From Octopus bimaculoides (lineage: Eukaryota), in assembly GCF_001194135.2 (NCBI RefSeq), contig NC_068985.1, positions 34,648,740 through 34,683,390 on the forward strand: a DNA stretch of 34,651 nt. The letters are read 5' to 3'. The notes beneath the pieces were generated by a model. The model did no database searches, was not told where the DNA came from, and was given only the letters and a program-made list of their open reading frames with translations. Position numbers and translations under genes: made by a program. Shown here piece by piece: positions 11,233-22,745 of this stretch (the stretch's first letter is position 1; the number at the start of each line of letters is the position of its first letter).

Positions 11233-12109
11233 AGATGGGTATGAGTGTATATATGTGCGCATGTTTCATTATATGTTTACGTTTGATTGGGTACGTTTGC
11301 TCACTTATCTATGTGTATGTATGTGAGCATGTATATATAGATGCTTAAATATATTTATGTACATATGCGTCTGTACATGAATGTATGCATATGTGAGTGT
11401 ATCTGTGTGTGTAGGCATATATACTTGTTCTGTTTGTGTGTGGGAGGGTAAGTGCGAGTTGTGGATGTATGTATGTATTTGTATGTATGTGTATGTATGT
11501 ATATGTGAGCGTATCTGGGTGTATACAGGCATATATACATAGGTTTGTTTGTGTGTGTGTGAGGGTATCTGTGAGTCTTTGTGTGTGTGTATGTATCCGA
11601 CCACTGACTAGATTCATTGTAGTCATATTTACTTTTATTTTACATTCCTTCATTTCTTAATATAAACTGGTCAACAGAAAGAAAGGCAAAGGAAAGCAAA
11701 TTATTTACTGCTTGCTTTCAGTCATAATAAGAGCAGTGATGTTATTTTCTTTGTATTCTATTATTTTTGAGAAGGGAGCGTCAAAAAGAAGGACAAAACA
11801 AAAAAATGAGTGAGTGGCTAAGAAAGAGAAAGCAGACATTTTACTGCTTGCCTTCCAGCCATGTTAAGCCAACGGATATGTCAACTTTTTTTTCTCTTGA
11901 AGTGCTGATGTTCTTACTGTCCTGTGCAACAGAGATCAAAAACTTGCCTATTCAGAGTACTTTCCTGAAGATTTCCTCATAGTCAGACAGATTTAAATGA
12001 GAAATGCATATTTAGTCAATTTACAAGTTTGTTTTATTGTTTTCTGATATATTTCATATAATTATTTGGTACCAAAGAGTATACATTTTAGTTTTTATTT
12101 TCTACTTTT

Positions 12110-12470
12110 TTCAGTCAGTAGATTGTGGCCACCATCTTAAATAATTTTTAGTCTAATGAATCTACCCCAGTACTTTTTTAAAGTCTGGTGCTTTTGGTCT
12201 CTTGTCCTGAGCTGCTAAGTTACAGGAACATAAATACACCAATGATGGTTGTCAAGCATTAGTGAAGGACAAAACACAAACACAAAGACACACATGTGAA
12301 CAGACACACACACCTATATATATGCAACAGGTTTTTTTCAGTTTCCCTCTACCAAGTTCATTTACAAGATTTTAGTCAGCTTAAAGCTTTAATAAAAGAC
12401 ACTAGTAGAAGACTGGACCTAGAACCGTGTGGTTGGAAAGCAGACTTCTTACCACACACCCATGCTTGCT
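12110..12470 (-). mobile_element. Old, degenerate family-1 SINE
   Basis: Both halves recognisable (GATGGTTGTCAAGC; CAGTTTCCCTCTACCAAG; CTTCTTACCACAC). Confidence 0.65.
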
Positions 12471-15225
12471 TTCTAAAAAGATTTAACCAATGGAGAGAGT
12501 ATTTTTTATCCATTCTTAAGACCTGAATCTAGTCATTTGATCCCAGACTATTTCACACATAGAGTGAAAAAAAGAAACCGGAAATATGTGTGATTAAAAA
12601 GTAAAGCTTTCATCCATTCGTTCATGCCAATGCTTTAAGATTTAATTTTAAATTTTCAAAGTTATTTAAGAAAGGTTACATAAAAAAATAAACTAGCACC
12701 TAAATTGTCTATTAGCATAAAGCTTTAATCCATTTAAAAAGATTATAACCTAGTAGAATTACTTCAATCAACCCCAGGATGGCATAAGGGTCAATAAGTT
12801 TTTCAGCTTTGTAGCTACTTTCCCCGACTTTGAAACAAATAAGAAGCATATTATCATTCTCAGAAAAGAGAAACCAAAGCTTAAGCTGAAAATCAAAACT
12901 GAAGAGGACAGTAAGAAATGTCATCATTATTTTGATTGAAAATATTTTGAATAGTGTGAGTGAGAGACGAGATGACTCATTCTGAACAAATTTTTCTGTT
13001 TCCTATGTCTGTAAGTTTGTCAGTATAAGAACACATTTTCTCAGCTTTGAAGTGATATTGAAAACAAATGTCACTTTCAAGTGATTTTCAAAACGAAATC
13101 ATTTAATTGTGTAGCTATTACAAGTGAAAGTGTAATTAAGCCAATGATCAAAAAACATCAGCATTTGTTGCTAGCATGTTTGGTGAGACTACAGACCTTT
13201 GAATGAATTCTTAACTATCACACATTTTGCAGTTTATTGATGAGAAGGAAAGGCTTCAAGAAATGTTTTGGGGATAAATTGATCTCAGCAAAAACAGAAA
13301 AGCAGTATCACTGACAGAAGCTGTACATTGTTATACACATTCACTTAATTTGGTATTTTCTCACTCAGCTTCATGAGTTTGTGAATGTCAAATTTTCTTC
13401 CAAACTTTAAAAAGAATTTCGACTTTTTTCTTGAATAGCTCCTACTGGATGAAATCATTGGAAGGTGATTTCCAAAGTTATATGTATGTGATTCATGTCT
13501 TACTAACTACTTCAAAATGATTCATTGTAGGGGGGAAACTATTTTCATTTTCAGACATCCCATATCTTAAAGTATATATAACACTATACTTTTCATAGAG
13601 AATGGGGGAAGGTGGAACACTCAGAAATCCACCCCTCCCAACCTCATTAGGAGGTGGGGACTGCATACCCTAGTTTCCTAGTCACCCTTCACCACTGATA
13701 TATATATATTTATGTATATAAGATGCTGTGTGGGTGTATCCTTCCATTCCAAAACTAAGGTCAAAAGTGAATTCAAGGATTTCTTGGCATCAAAACCTTT
13801 GGATTTTTATTGAAGAAGCATAAATGACCTTGGCAATTGATGGGAGAAATGCATAGCTGTTCAGAGATCATATCTTGAATAATTAAACCTGTGTCGCACG
13901 GTCGACACAAAACATATAATATGACAAAACAGGGCTCGCAATGTGAGATGCGAGCAAGTGCCAGCAAAGAAAAGAGAGTGAGAGACACAACCGTTAAATA
14001 TATAAAGAGTAAGTTTATTAGGGTAATCATCTGTGTGTCTGTGTGTGCGTGCATGCGATAACATAAATAACACAATACATAAGACAGGCCTTCGTGTACA
14101 AGAGTATGTATACAACAATATGTGTGTGCGTGTGTGTGTGAGAAATACAGAGCATTGAATAAGTGTCTGTAACAGACTATAAGAGTCCTGAACACAAAGA
14201 TAAGAAAGTACCAGTTCATAGAAGAGTTACACAGTAGGTAGAATGTCTGTACTCAAAGGGTTGTGGCCGAATAGCAGAGCTGTGGTGTCACATGTCGTGT
14301 GTAAAGTTGTGTGTAAATGATCCTTATAACCATAAGCAAAGTTGTGCATTGCTTCAATGGGAGATGTTTACGAATTTTATAATCATTATTTTTCTATTCC
14401 TTGATTTAAAGTTTGGCAACTTTAATTGGATTATCTTAGATCATTTAAAAAACATGTTATGGTAATAAAAGTTGTAAACAACCCCTCCTAAACAATAGGT
14501 AACTATATTTAAAAAGACTATTTCTCAATGTAGATTCAAAGTAGTTTATTTGATAGTTAAATTAAAGCAATGGTTTAGTGGTTAATGCACTAAGGCATTA
14601 ACCAATATGCTATATGTAGACTATTCTTACTAAATATCTGCATCAACACTTGGCATAAAATAAAGAAAAGTGTTCTGTCTTCAATTAAAGATTTATCTCC
14701 AGCATTTTCATAGTTAAATACTAAACTTATTGTCAGAAAAAGACTGCATTTCTCCCCTTATTTTTTCTTTTAATATTTTCTGTTGAAGAGTCTAGACTCA
14801 AAACATAAAATACTTTTCCATTCTTCCCAAGCATTAAACTAATACATCTGCTTGTTGTTCCTACACCCATCTTTGTCTTTTGTTTCCTGTAAATTTGAAC
14901 TATATATAATGATGATGATGATGATACATATTACTTACATAACCCTAGTAAATTGGATGAGAGAAACAATAAGTAAAGGCTGGTGATCATAAAAGTTAAG
15001 TCTCCATGTGGGAAAGCAACTAAACATGGACTTAAATAGGATATTTCAAAATTTAGCTATGAAGTAGAATTTGTGTCATTAGCTGTGGAATAATAGTTAA
15101 TGCATTATGAAATCATGAGGGAGTGGTTGAATTCTTACCATTTTTTTCAACTTCATATATCTTTTTTGTTTGCATCTATAATTAATTTATAATGCATAAA
15201 TAGGTTCTATATCCAAATCTAGTAG

Positions 15226-15256
<31 letters not shown>

Positions 15257-15581
15257 TGTGTGTGTGCACGTGTGTGTGAGTGAATCAGCTTTCACTTAGA
15301 ATGCAATAGAATATTAATTGTAACATATTCGTGACAGAGTAATCACCATACCACTGTTCATGAGGTCTGATCAAATAATATCAGGACTGTTGCTATGGTA
15401 ATGGAACTAAAGAATGCAGATTGAAGCTATTTGCCACAGATTGACTTTAAACTCTGTTATGCATGTACACTTATCTAATTCATAACATTTTTGCTCTCTT
15501 CCATTGTTTATAGCAGTGTTTGCAAGTAAAATGTGTAGTGTGTGGTCATTTCATCACACCACAGAGGTTCTATCAGTGACT

Positions 15582-16424
15582 ATGGCAGAGAGATCTGAAC
15601 AGAGGATGTGCCTTAAATTTGGCTAAAAAGTTTGGTATTACCTAAACAGATACCTGCACAAAGTTGCAGAAAGTGTACAGTGAGGAATATATGAGCCAGA
15701 TACAAGTGTATAAGTGGTTAAAACGTTTCCTGGATGATCAACACAATGTTGATACTGACACATGTTCTGGGATACACACCACCAGCAGAACTGATAAAAG
15801 GATTGTAAATGTGTGTGCAACTGTTCAGAAAGACTGTTGAATCATTGTACATGAATTGTTGGAGGATGTGAACATTAATTACAGTTCAGTTCAATCCATT
15901 GTCACTGACGATTTGGGTATAAGATGTGTGTTTGCCAAGTTTGTGTGAAAACTACTTCCAGTTGACCAAAAATAGGGTTGGGTTTCAGCTGCACAGGATC
16001 TCTTTGATTGCATCAAGAAAGATGGATACCTTTTAAAAACGGTGATAACAGGGGACAAATCATGGGCTTATGGCTATGACCCCAAACCAAAACTCAGTCT
16101 TCACAGTGAGTGGCTACTCCACCATGACCTACCCATTCAGCACAGCTTGTACAGCAGTTTTTGACCAAGTACAACATTCCTTAAGTCAGACAACCACCAT
16201 ATTCCCAGGTACTTGCCTCTTGTAACATTTTTCTCTTTTCAAAAATTAAAATCAAATCCCACTTGAAAGGAACAAGATTTTGAGACATTGGAGAAGTCCA
16301 AGAGAATGTGATGAGGCAGCTGCTCGCTATCTGCAAAATGGAGTTTCAGGAATGCTTCAATCAATGGAAATGACATTGCATAAAATGTGTGGCTTCAGAA
16401 GGAGACTTCCTCAATGGAGATTAA
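15582..16424 (+). mobile_element. Mariner transposase pseudogene with internal deletion
   Basis: MAERSEQRMCLKF...QVYKWLKRF...CVFAKFV*KLL...KTVITGDKSWAYGYDP // HSAQLVQQFLTK...QPPYSQVLASCNIFLF...LKGTRF...FQECFNQWK*HCIKCVASEGDF; stops and frameshifts; central catalytic region missing. Confidence 0.9.
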
Positions 16425-16687
16425 ATGCCCAATTGCCCCTGGACTGGCTCTTGTGTGGGTGGCACATAAAAGACACCATTTCGAGCGTGGCCGTTTTCGT
16501 GCGGGTGACACGTAAAAGCACCCACTACACTCTCTGAGTGGTTGGCGTTAGAAAGGGCATCCAGCTGTAGAAACTCTGCCAAATTAGATTGGAGCCTGGT
16601 GTAGCCATCCGGTTGCACCAGTCCTCAGTCAAATCGTCCAACCCATGCTAGCATGGAAAGCGGACGTTAAACGATGATGATGATGAT
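16425..16687 (+). mobile_element. RTE-type SINE/LINE 3' portion with (GAT)n tail
   Basis: Same 3' sequence as 1193-1351; begins immediately after the mariner stop codon. Confidence 0.85.
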
Positions 16688-17021
16688 ATGTGTTTTATAA
16701 CACCAATCCTGATACTTTTTGATCAAGACTCATATAAACATAAATTAGATTCAATGTTAGATATTCATAACAGTTGAGGACACTATTATTTACTTAACAT
16801 CCACAGTTCATTTACTGGTTACTAATTGGAACCAAGTGGTCAATTTTAGGCTATGATTTTATATAAAATGTATAGAAATTATAAATAAAAATGTGCCAAT
16901 GGAAAATATGTAACAGACTCTCTTTTGATCATATGTTAGCAAGACCTTATACTAAAACTTTAGAATTTATTGCCCTAATCAATCCATGTTTACATTATTG
17001 TAACTTATAGTAATTTTTTTT

Positions 17022-17380
17022 ATGTGAAGGCACATGGTTCAGTGGTTAGAGCATCGAGCTTACGATCGTGACGTTGTGAGTTCGAATCCCGGTCCGGGTT
17101 GCATGTTGTATTCTTGAGCAAGACACTTTTAGATATGAAACCTTGTAACTATTTCATTTTGCTTCAGTTCACTCAGCTGTAGAAACAAGTTGCGACATCA
17201 CAGATGCCAAGCTGTATCAGCCTTTGCCTTTCCCTTAGATAACATCAGTGGTGTGGAGAGGGGAGGCTGGTATATATGGGCGACTTCTGGTCTGCCATAA
17301 ACAACCTTACCCGGACTTGTGCTTGGGAAGATAACTTTCTAGGTGCAATCCCATGGTCAGTCATGACCAAAGGGGGTCTC
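17022..17380 (+). mobile_element. tRNA-derived SINE (family 3) with ~10-bp TSD
   Basis: Pol III A-box-like GGTTCAGTGG and B-box GAGTTCGAATCCC; AGTAATTTTT at 17009-17018 and 17384-17393. Confidence 0.8.
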
Positions 17381-17656
17381 AGCAGTAATTTTTACATGTT
17401 TCAAATGTAATTTCTGCGATCATCACTCAAATTTTTTTTTCCTTATGAAGAGCTCTGTGCTTATAAGATATCAATTTGTGCACCTAGTTTTTAAGTTCCA
17501 GTCATTCTAGTATTTAAGTAAGCATGATCTAATATCTAATTATTTTTCTGCAAAGCATGCAATTATTTTCACAAACACTAAACATCAAATAACTGTTTAA
17601 GAGATCAAGATCTCATGAGAGCATCTCATGTACATTTTTGTTTTTTTATTTTTTAG

Positions 17657-17710
17657 GTTACCGGTGAAGGTCCATGCTTTTCAGGTGAACAAGAAGAACC
17701 TAGAACTTAG
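17657..17710 (+). other. Candidate exon (VTGEGPCFSGEQEEPRT*, or a 28-nt exon ending at GTGAAC 17685)
   Basis: Strong polypyrimidine acceptor ttttttattttttAG; protein not recognised. Confidence 0.3.
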
Positions 17711-18516
17711 TGTTATAGTATATCAAACCCTCTAGATCTAATTGGAATCTTGTGTGAAACCCATGTCCGTTTCATTGTCATCATTTCATGGACACTTTTT
17801 GCAAGCACTACACATTTGGAGTAAATATTTGATACTGCCACAACAGAACTGAGTTCTATGTTATATGCTATATCTGCATTGTTTTTGTATTCACTGAATT
17901 GACAAATTCTTGATTTATTTTTAACCTTTATAAATACCTATTGATATATAAACATTTGCATCACTGAAGTAAACTCAGTTAAATTTCTGTATTTTTTTCC
18001 CTCTTATATGAGTCATCACCATCTAAATATACTATGGATATTTAGAAACATAGCTGTGAATATTATTGATTTTTGGAATATATTTTGGAATAATCTCCAA
18101 AAGAAATGTTAAGAATTTGAATTCAAAGCAATTTTCAACAAATGAGCAGCAATTATGAGAGTTTTTGTCCACATTAAACATCTTGAAACCATTTACAACT
18201 TCATGATCAAAGTTTGTGATGTTCCCCTTACAGTAGTTCTTTATATGCTTTCTGTTATTTTACTTTAGTGAGATCAATGTTTTTAAATTTCCTTCTGTCA
18301 CATTTATATACACATATAATCCATGATATAGAATTTTAAATTCAATCCAGGGTCAGTTTTCTTCAAAATACTCAAATTATATATATAACAGAATTCCTTT
18401 TTTCTCCTTGGTGATTGTAAGGCTATATTTTATGATAGCCATATTTCATCATTCTTTCTATAAATAGATACCTCACCATATATTATATACAATTATAATG
18501 TACATTTTACTTGCAG

Positions 18517-18594
18517 AAAAAAGTTCACTATATGTATATGGAATTCTCCTAACATCAATGCATGGTGGAGATGTTCGAACTATGTTTACATATA
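18517..18594 (+). other. Candidate 78-nt exon
   Basis: cattttacttgcAG acceptor, GTAAGC donor, length divisible by 3; open in two phases (KSSLYVYGILLTSMHGGDVRTMFTY or KKFTICIWNSPNINAWWRCSNYVYI). Confidence 0.4.
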
Positions 18595-18705
18595 GTAAGC
18601 AGAAAATTAAAGATCTGACTTTATTTTTTATATTGTAAACATTGAATAAGTAGTAGCTGTATATGTGATTTGTTTTATGAATTCACTTTAATATTTCTTT
18701 GTATT

Positions 18706-18913
18706 GAAGGCAGCAGGCTGGCAGAATCATTAGCATACAAGGCAAAATGCCTAGTGGCATTTCATCTGTGTTATATATTCAAATTCCACCAAGGTTGACT
18801 GTACCTTTCATCATTTTGGGGTTGATAAAATAAGTACCAGTTGAGTACTGCAGTCAATATAATCAATTAACCCCTTCCTCAAAATTGCTGGCCTTGTGCC
18901 CAAATTTGAAACC
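18706..18913 (+). mobile_element. Family-2 tRNA-derived SINE with 16-bp TSD
   Basis: TSD AATATTTCTTTGTATT at 18690-18705 and 18914-18929; similar to the reverse complement of 22200-22413. Confidence 0.85.
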
Positions 18914-19485
18914 AATATTTCTTTGTATTTCATCATAATCTTATTTCTGTTTTTGTAGTTTATTATTTTGTTATTTTATCTTTTCTCTCTATACATTTTA
19001 AATTCCATTCTGAGTTTTAGATATGAAACCCTGTAACTATATTGTTAGGTTTGGATCAAGCCTGATTGAGTAGACCCGTGATTGTCATTCTGGTCATGAT
19101 TATTCCATTCTTCTAGAATTATGTCTAGGAACATATTATCTGATGTTAAGGTTATCATTGCTTGTGAACAGTTATAATATTGTGCTTGCAAAAGTGCTTG
19201 ATTATTCTTGTCTCAAATAATTCCCTGAAATATTCTTACCAATTCTATTTTACTTTTCAAACAAATGGGCAGTGATTATTTCATCACAATTTCAACAAGT
19301 ATTGTCAAGGTTAGGCTTTGCTGATAAGATCAGAATAAACCAAGACATATCAGAGTTGATAGAGAAATCAAACTATTAGTGATTAATATCATTATTTCTT
19401 TTTTATTCTTCACACATTAAATATGTTAACACTAGGTTCTCTTAGTTTTCTTGGCTGGAAAATGTGTGCCAGAACATCTATGATG

Positions 19486-19693
19486 TTACTCTTTTACTTG
19501 TTTCAGTCATTTGACTGTGGCCATGCTGGAGCCCCACCTTTAGTCAAGCAAATCGACCCCAGGACTTATTCTTTGTAAGCCTAGTACTTATTCTATTGGT
19601 CCCTTTTGCCGAACCGCTAAGCGACGGGGACATAAACACACCAGCATCGGTTGTCAAGCAATGCTAGGGGGACAAACACAGACACACAAACAT

Positions 19694-19724
<31 letters not shown>

Positions 19725-19889
19725 CGACGGGCTTCTTTCAGTTTCCGTCTACCAAATCCACTCACAAGGCTTTGGTCGGCCCGAGGCTATAGTAGAAGAC
19801 ACTTGCCCAAGATGCCACGCAGTGGGACTGAACCTGGAACCATGTGGTTAGTAAGCAAGCTACTTACCACACAGCCACTCCTGCGCCTA
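19486..19889 (-). mobile_element. Family-1 tRNA-derived SINE, full length, young
   Basis: Minus-strand head AGGCGCAGGAGTGGCTGTGTGG...GGTTCAGTCCC (A/B-box-like), central (CA)n(TA)n, tail ending AAACAAGTAAAAGAGTAA. Confidence 0.9.
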
Positions 19890-20077
19890 AGAAAATAATT
19901 TGCTTTGATTTAGCTTCATATCCGAAATGAGACAGAAATTTGCTGCCTTCTTTTTTAATAAGAAACATGACTCTTCAGCATTAGTTTTCAGTTCTTATTA
20001 CATTTTCTGTTGCATTGATTTTCTTTCTTGGAAATGAATTTTTTTTCTTCAATTTTACATACATTTTTTTCATGCAG

Positions 20078-20140
20078 AATTATGAGCCTTACTCCTAGAT
20101 ATAACACAATGTCTGCAGTGAGATCTAAATTCATGATTAG
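20078..20140 (+). other. Candidate 63-nt exon (phase 2: IMSLTPRYNTMSAVRSKFMI; phase 0: terminal NYEPYS*)
   Basis: tttttttcatgcAG acceptor; weak GTGAAT donor; AATAAA near 20252. Confidence 0.3.
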
Positions 20141-20358
20141 GTGAATACTACTTCAGTATATTTACCTTTATGTCTATTTTTCATTGTATCTATTTTCTCC
20201 GCCTTAATTTTGTTTAACACTTGTGTTATTGTTATGATTTTTAACTCAGTAAATAAAGATGGATTACATTTTCTTCAGATGTCATTTTATCTTTTCTGTT
20301 AACCATTTCAATAGAATTTGATTTAACTTTTTCTTAAGATACAAGAACATTCAAATAT

Positions 20359-20778
20359 AGGTGCAGGAGTGGCTGTGTGGTAAGTTGCTCGCTTACCAAC
20401 CACATGGTTCCAGGTTCAGTCCCACTGCGTGGCACTTTGGGCAATTGTCTCCTGCTATAGCCTTGGGCCGACCAAAGCCTTGTGAGTGGATTTGGTAGAC
20501 GGAAACTGGAAGAAGCCCGTCGTATATATGTATATGTATATATATGTGTGTGTGTGTGTGTGTGTTTGTGTGTCTGTGCTTTTACCCCCAACATCACTTG
20601 ACAACCGATGCTGGTGTGTTTACGTCCCTGTAACTTAGCAGTTCAGCAAAAGAGAAAAGTCTAAATAAGTATTAGGCTTACAAAGAATAAGTTCTGGGGT
20701 CGATTTTCTCGACTAAAGGCGGTGCTCCAGCATGGCCACAGTCAAATGACTGAAACAAGTAAAGGCGTAAAAGAGTAC
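20359..20778 (+). mobile_element. Family-1 tRNA-derived SINE, full length
   Basis: AGGTGCAGGAGTGGCTGTGTGG head; inverted copy of 19486-19889. Confidence 0.9.
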
Positions 20779-20867
20779 AGAGTATAAATTATTAGAGCAC
20801 ATTGTAAGAGAAGTCAAACTTACAGTTTGTACAGAGGTAAATGCATGTGCAAAATATTTATCCAGAT

Positions 20868-21021
20868 CACTAGCGTAGCTAGAGTGCGTGCCTCCTGGGA
20901 CAGCCCTTCCACTCCCCCCCACCCTCGGACCCCATAAAAAAACATATTGCCTGCAGTAGACCCAAAAGTAGTGCTCCACTAAAAGTGCTGCTCCTACTGC
21001 TCCCCACTAGCTATGCTAGTG
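20868..21021. mobile_element. hAT-type MITE
   Basis: TIR CACTAGCGTAGCTAG / CTAGCTATGCTAGTG (14/15); degenerate 8-bp TSD ATCCAGAT / GTCCAGAC. Confidence 0.65.
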
Positions 21022-21089
21022 GTCCAGACCCAGTATCTCTCTTATATCTTACAGAAGGAATAAATGACTTGTTATATGAATGATATTTT

Positions 21090-21680
21090 TTCTGGTTTAG
21101 TTGGATGAAGGGATGTGCTGCTGGCCTGTGTAGGCTCTTAAAACTTGTAAAACTGATGAATTTATATTCAGCTTGTACATCAATATGTCAATAATTTCTG
21201 AGGAGGAAGGCCTAGGTGTAGTGGTTAGTCACAAGTCAGGGTGAATGTAGTAACAATGATTAGAAGTGAAGAGATGAGTAGGTCGCTGATGCCTGAATGG
21301 TTAAATTATGAGATCACCCAGTTTTGAGTAATTGAACCCAATAACAAGCTTTGCAAACCTGAGTAATTTGCTTCAGCTTTGTGGGATGTAACTAGCAAGT
21401 GTCTAATCTATAAGTAATGCTAGTGCATCGGCCACAAAAGCACAAGCAGCCTTGGGGATCCTGATTCTCTGCAACTGCCTGAGATGGGAGATCAATGCTA
21501 AGACTTCATTCAGGAAGAACAAGTTCAAGTCACCATCATGCCACATGTTCATTTTGAGTGTTGAGAAGGATATGCCACCTCTGGAGGTTAGGAAGCTCGT
21601 GCAGTGTCACTGGTGCAGGGATTCTGAGGTGTGACAAGTGAATGTGACACTAGAGGAGGAAGAAATTGTTATAGAGCACT
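21090..21680 (-). mobile_element. Possible highly degraded LINE fragment
   Basis: GC-richer than flanks; minus-strand MWHDGD...LASYIPQ weakly resembles the CR1/Jockey endonuclease-RT linker. Confidence 0.25.
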
Positions 21681-22129
21681 TTCTTCCCTTCAATCACCTA
21701 TTGTGCATAGCATACGAGTAACATTTCTAAATCCCCAGTGTTATGAAAGATTGGGAAAAGGACATTCATGGAAGAGGTTTGCGCATAACCAGAGCTGTAC
21801 CTAAGTGTGTGCATATATTAAAAGTTAATTTCAAATGGAAATGAAATATGTCAGTCTTTGCAAAAGTAATTAACAAGAAAGAGAAAGGTTAAAAAAAAAA
21901 ACTATTTAGTTTTGCTACAATACAAGTTCAACCGTTTTGTTCTTCTTTTTGTTAACACCATTATACATTATATATGGAAGAATTCGAAAACGCAGTCATT
22001 ATTTTTAATCAGTACAAATGTTGCACGGAAAATGTGAAAATAAAACTTTGTATTAAGAATTGATGAGAGAAAGATTATGTGATTTTTCGCATCATCCATC
22101 TCATGTATATAGCTTTTTCAATCGGGAAT

Positions 22130-22171
<42 letters not shown>

Positions 22172-22199
22172 CTCTGTGTCTCAAGATGGTAAATAATAT

Positions 22200-22413
22200 T
22201 TTTTTTCCTAGTCTAGGCACAAGGCCTGAAATTTTTGGGGAAGTGGGACAGTGGATTAGATCGACCCCAGTACGCCACTGGTACTTAATTTATCGACCCC
22301 GAAAGGATGAAAGGCAAAGTCGACCTCAGCAGAATTTGAACCCAGAACATAAAGACGAAATATCGGTATGCATTTCGCCCTACGTGCTAACGTTTCTACT
22401 AGCTCGCCGCCTT
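22200..22413 (-). mobile_element. Family-2 tRNA-derived SINE with 17-bp TSD
   Basis: TSD AAGATGGTAA(A/C)TAATAT at 22183-22199 and 22414-22430; core ATCGACCCCGAAAGGATGAAAGGCAAAGTCGACC. Confidence 0.9.
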
Positions 22414-22469
22414 AAGATGGTAACTAATATCTACCTGATCTTTCAGATATTTCAGGAACGATACAAATG

Positions 22470-22745
22470 AATCATCTGAGTCTTTCCTCATCATCTTTCA
22501 GCAGAAATGATCAAGATTTTTGAGGACAACGAAGTACAGGGGCCTGAATTGTCCACCTCTGTCACGCTTTCGTTTTCCTGCATGACAGCACTGCATCGAT
22601 GCTTGTTGTTGTGTATGCAGCAGATTGTGATCTCTTAAATATGTGACTGCTGTTTCCTCTGTCAAGATGCCTCGTGTATAAAAATCTTTCAGCAACATTT
22701 CAAGGTAAGGTAAACCGTAAGTGGAAAGATGAGATGATAACGAGT
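22470..22745 (-). mobile_element. Possible Merlin (ISXO2-like) DNA transposase N-terminal fragment
   Basis: ORF 22498-22698 MLLKDFYTRGILTEETAVTYLRDHNLL...QCCHAGKRKR resembles the N-terminal helix plus zinc ribbon of Merlin transposases; no DDE region seen. Confidence 0.35.

Noticed and set aside
12712-12927. Minus-strand 71-aa ORF with a good acceptor, and an overlapping plus-strand AG...GTAAGA segment (12864-12910, KEKPKLKLKIKTEED)
   Set aside because: Mutually conflicting, no recognisable homology, expected by chance in AT-rich DNA
13439-13483. 45-nt AG/GT segment (SYWMKSLEGDFQSY)
   Set aside because: Only splice dinucleotides support it; no paralog or recognisable peptide
15139-15175. 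Minus-strand 37-nt AG/GTAAGA segment (MQTKKIYEVEKN)
   Set aside because: Isolated, poor acceptor, no partner exons found
17022-17100. tRNA-like sequences (also 20359-20430 and 33330-33407)
   Set aside because: SINE heads continuing into SINE bodies with TSDs, not tRNA genes
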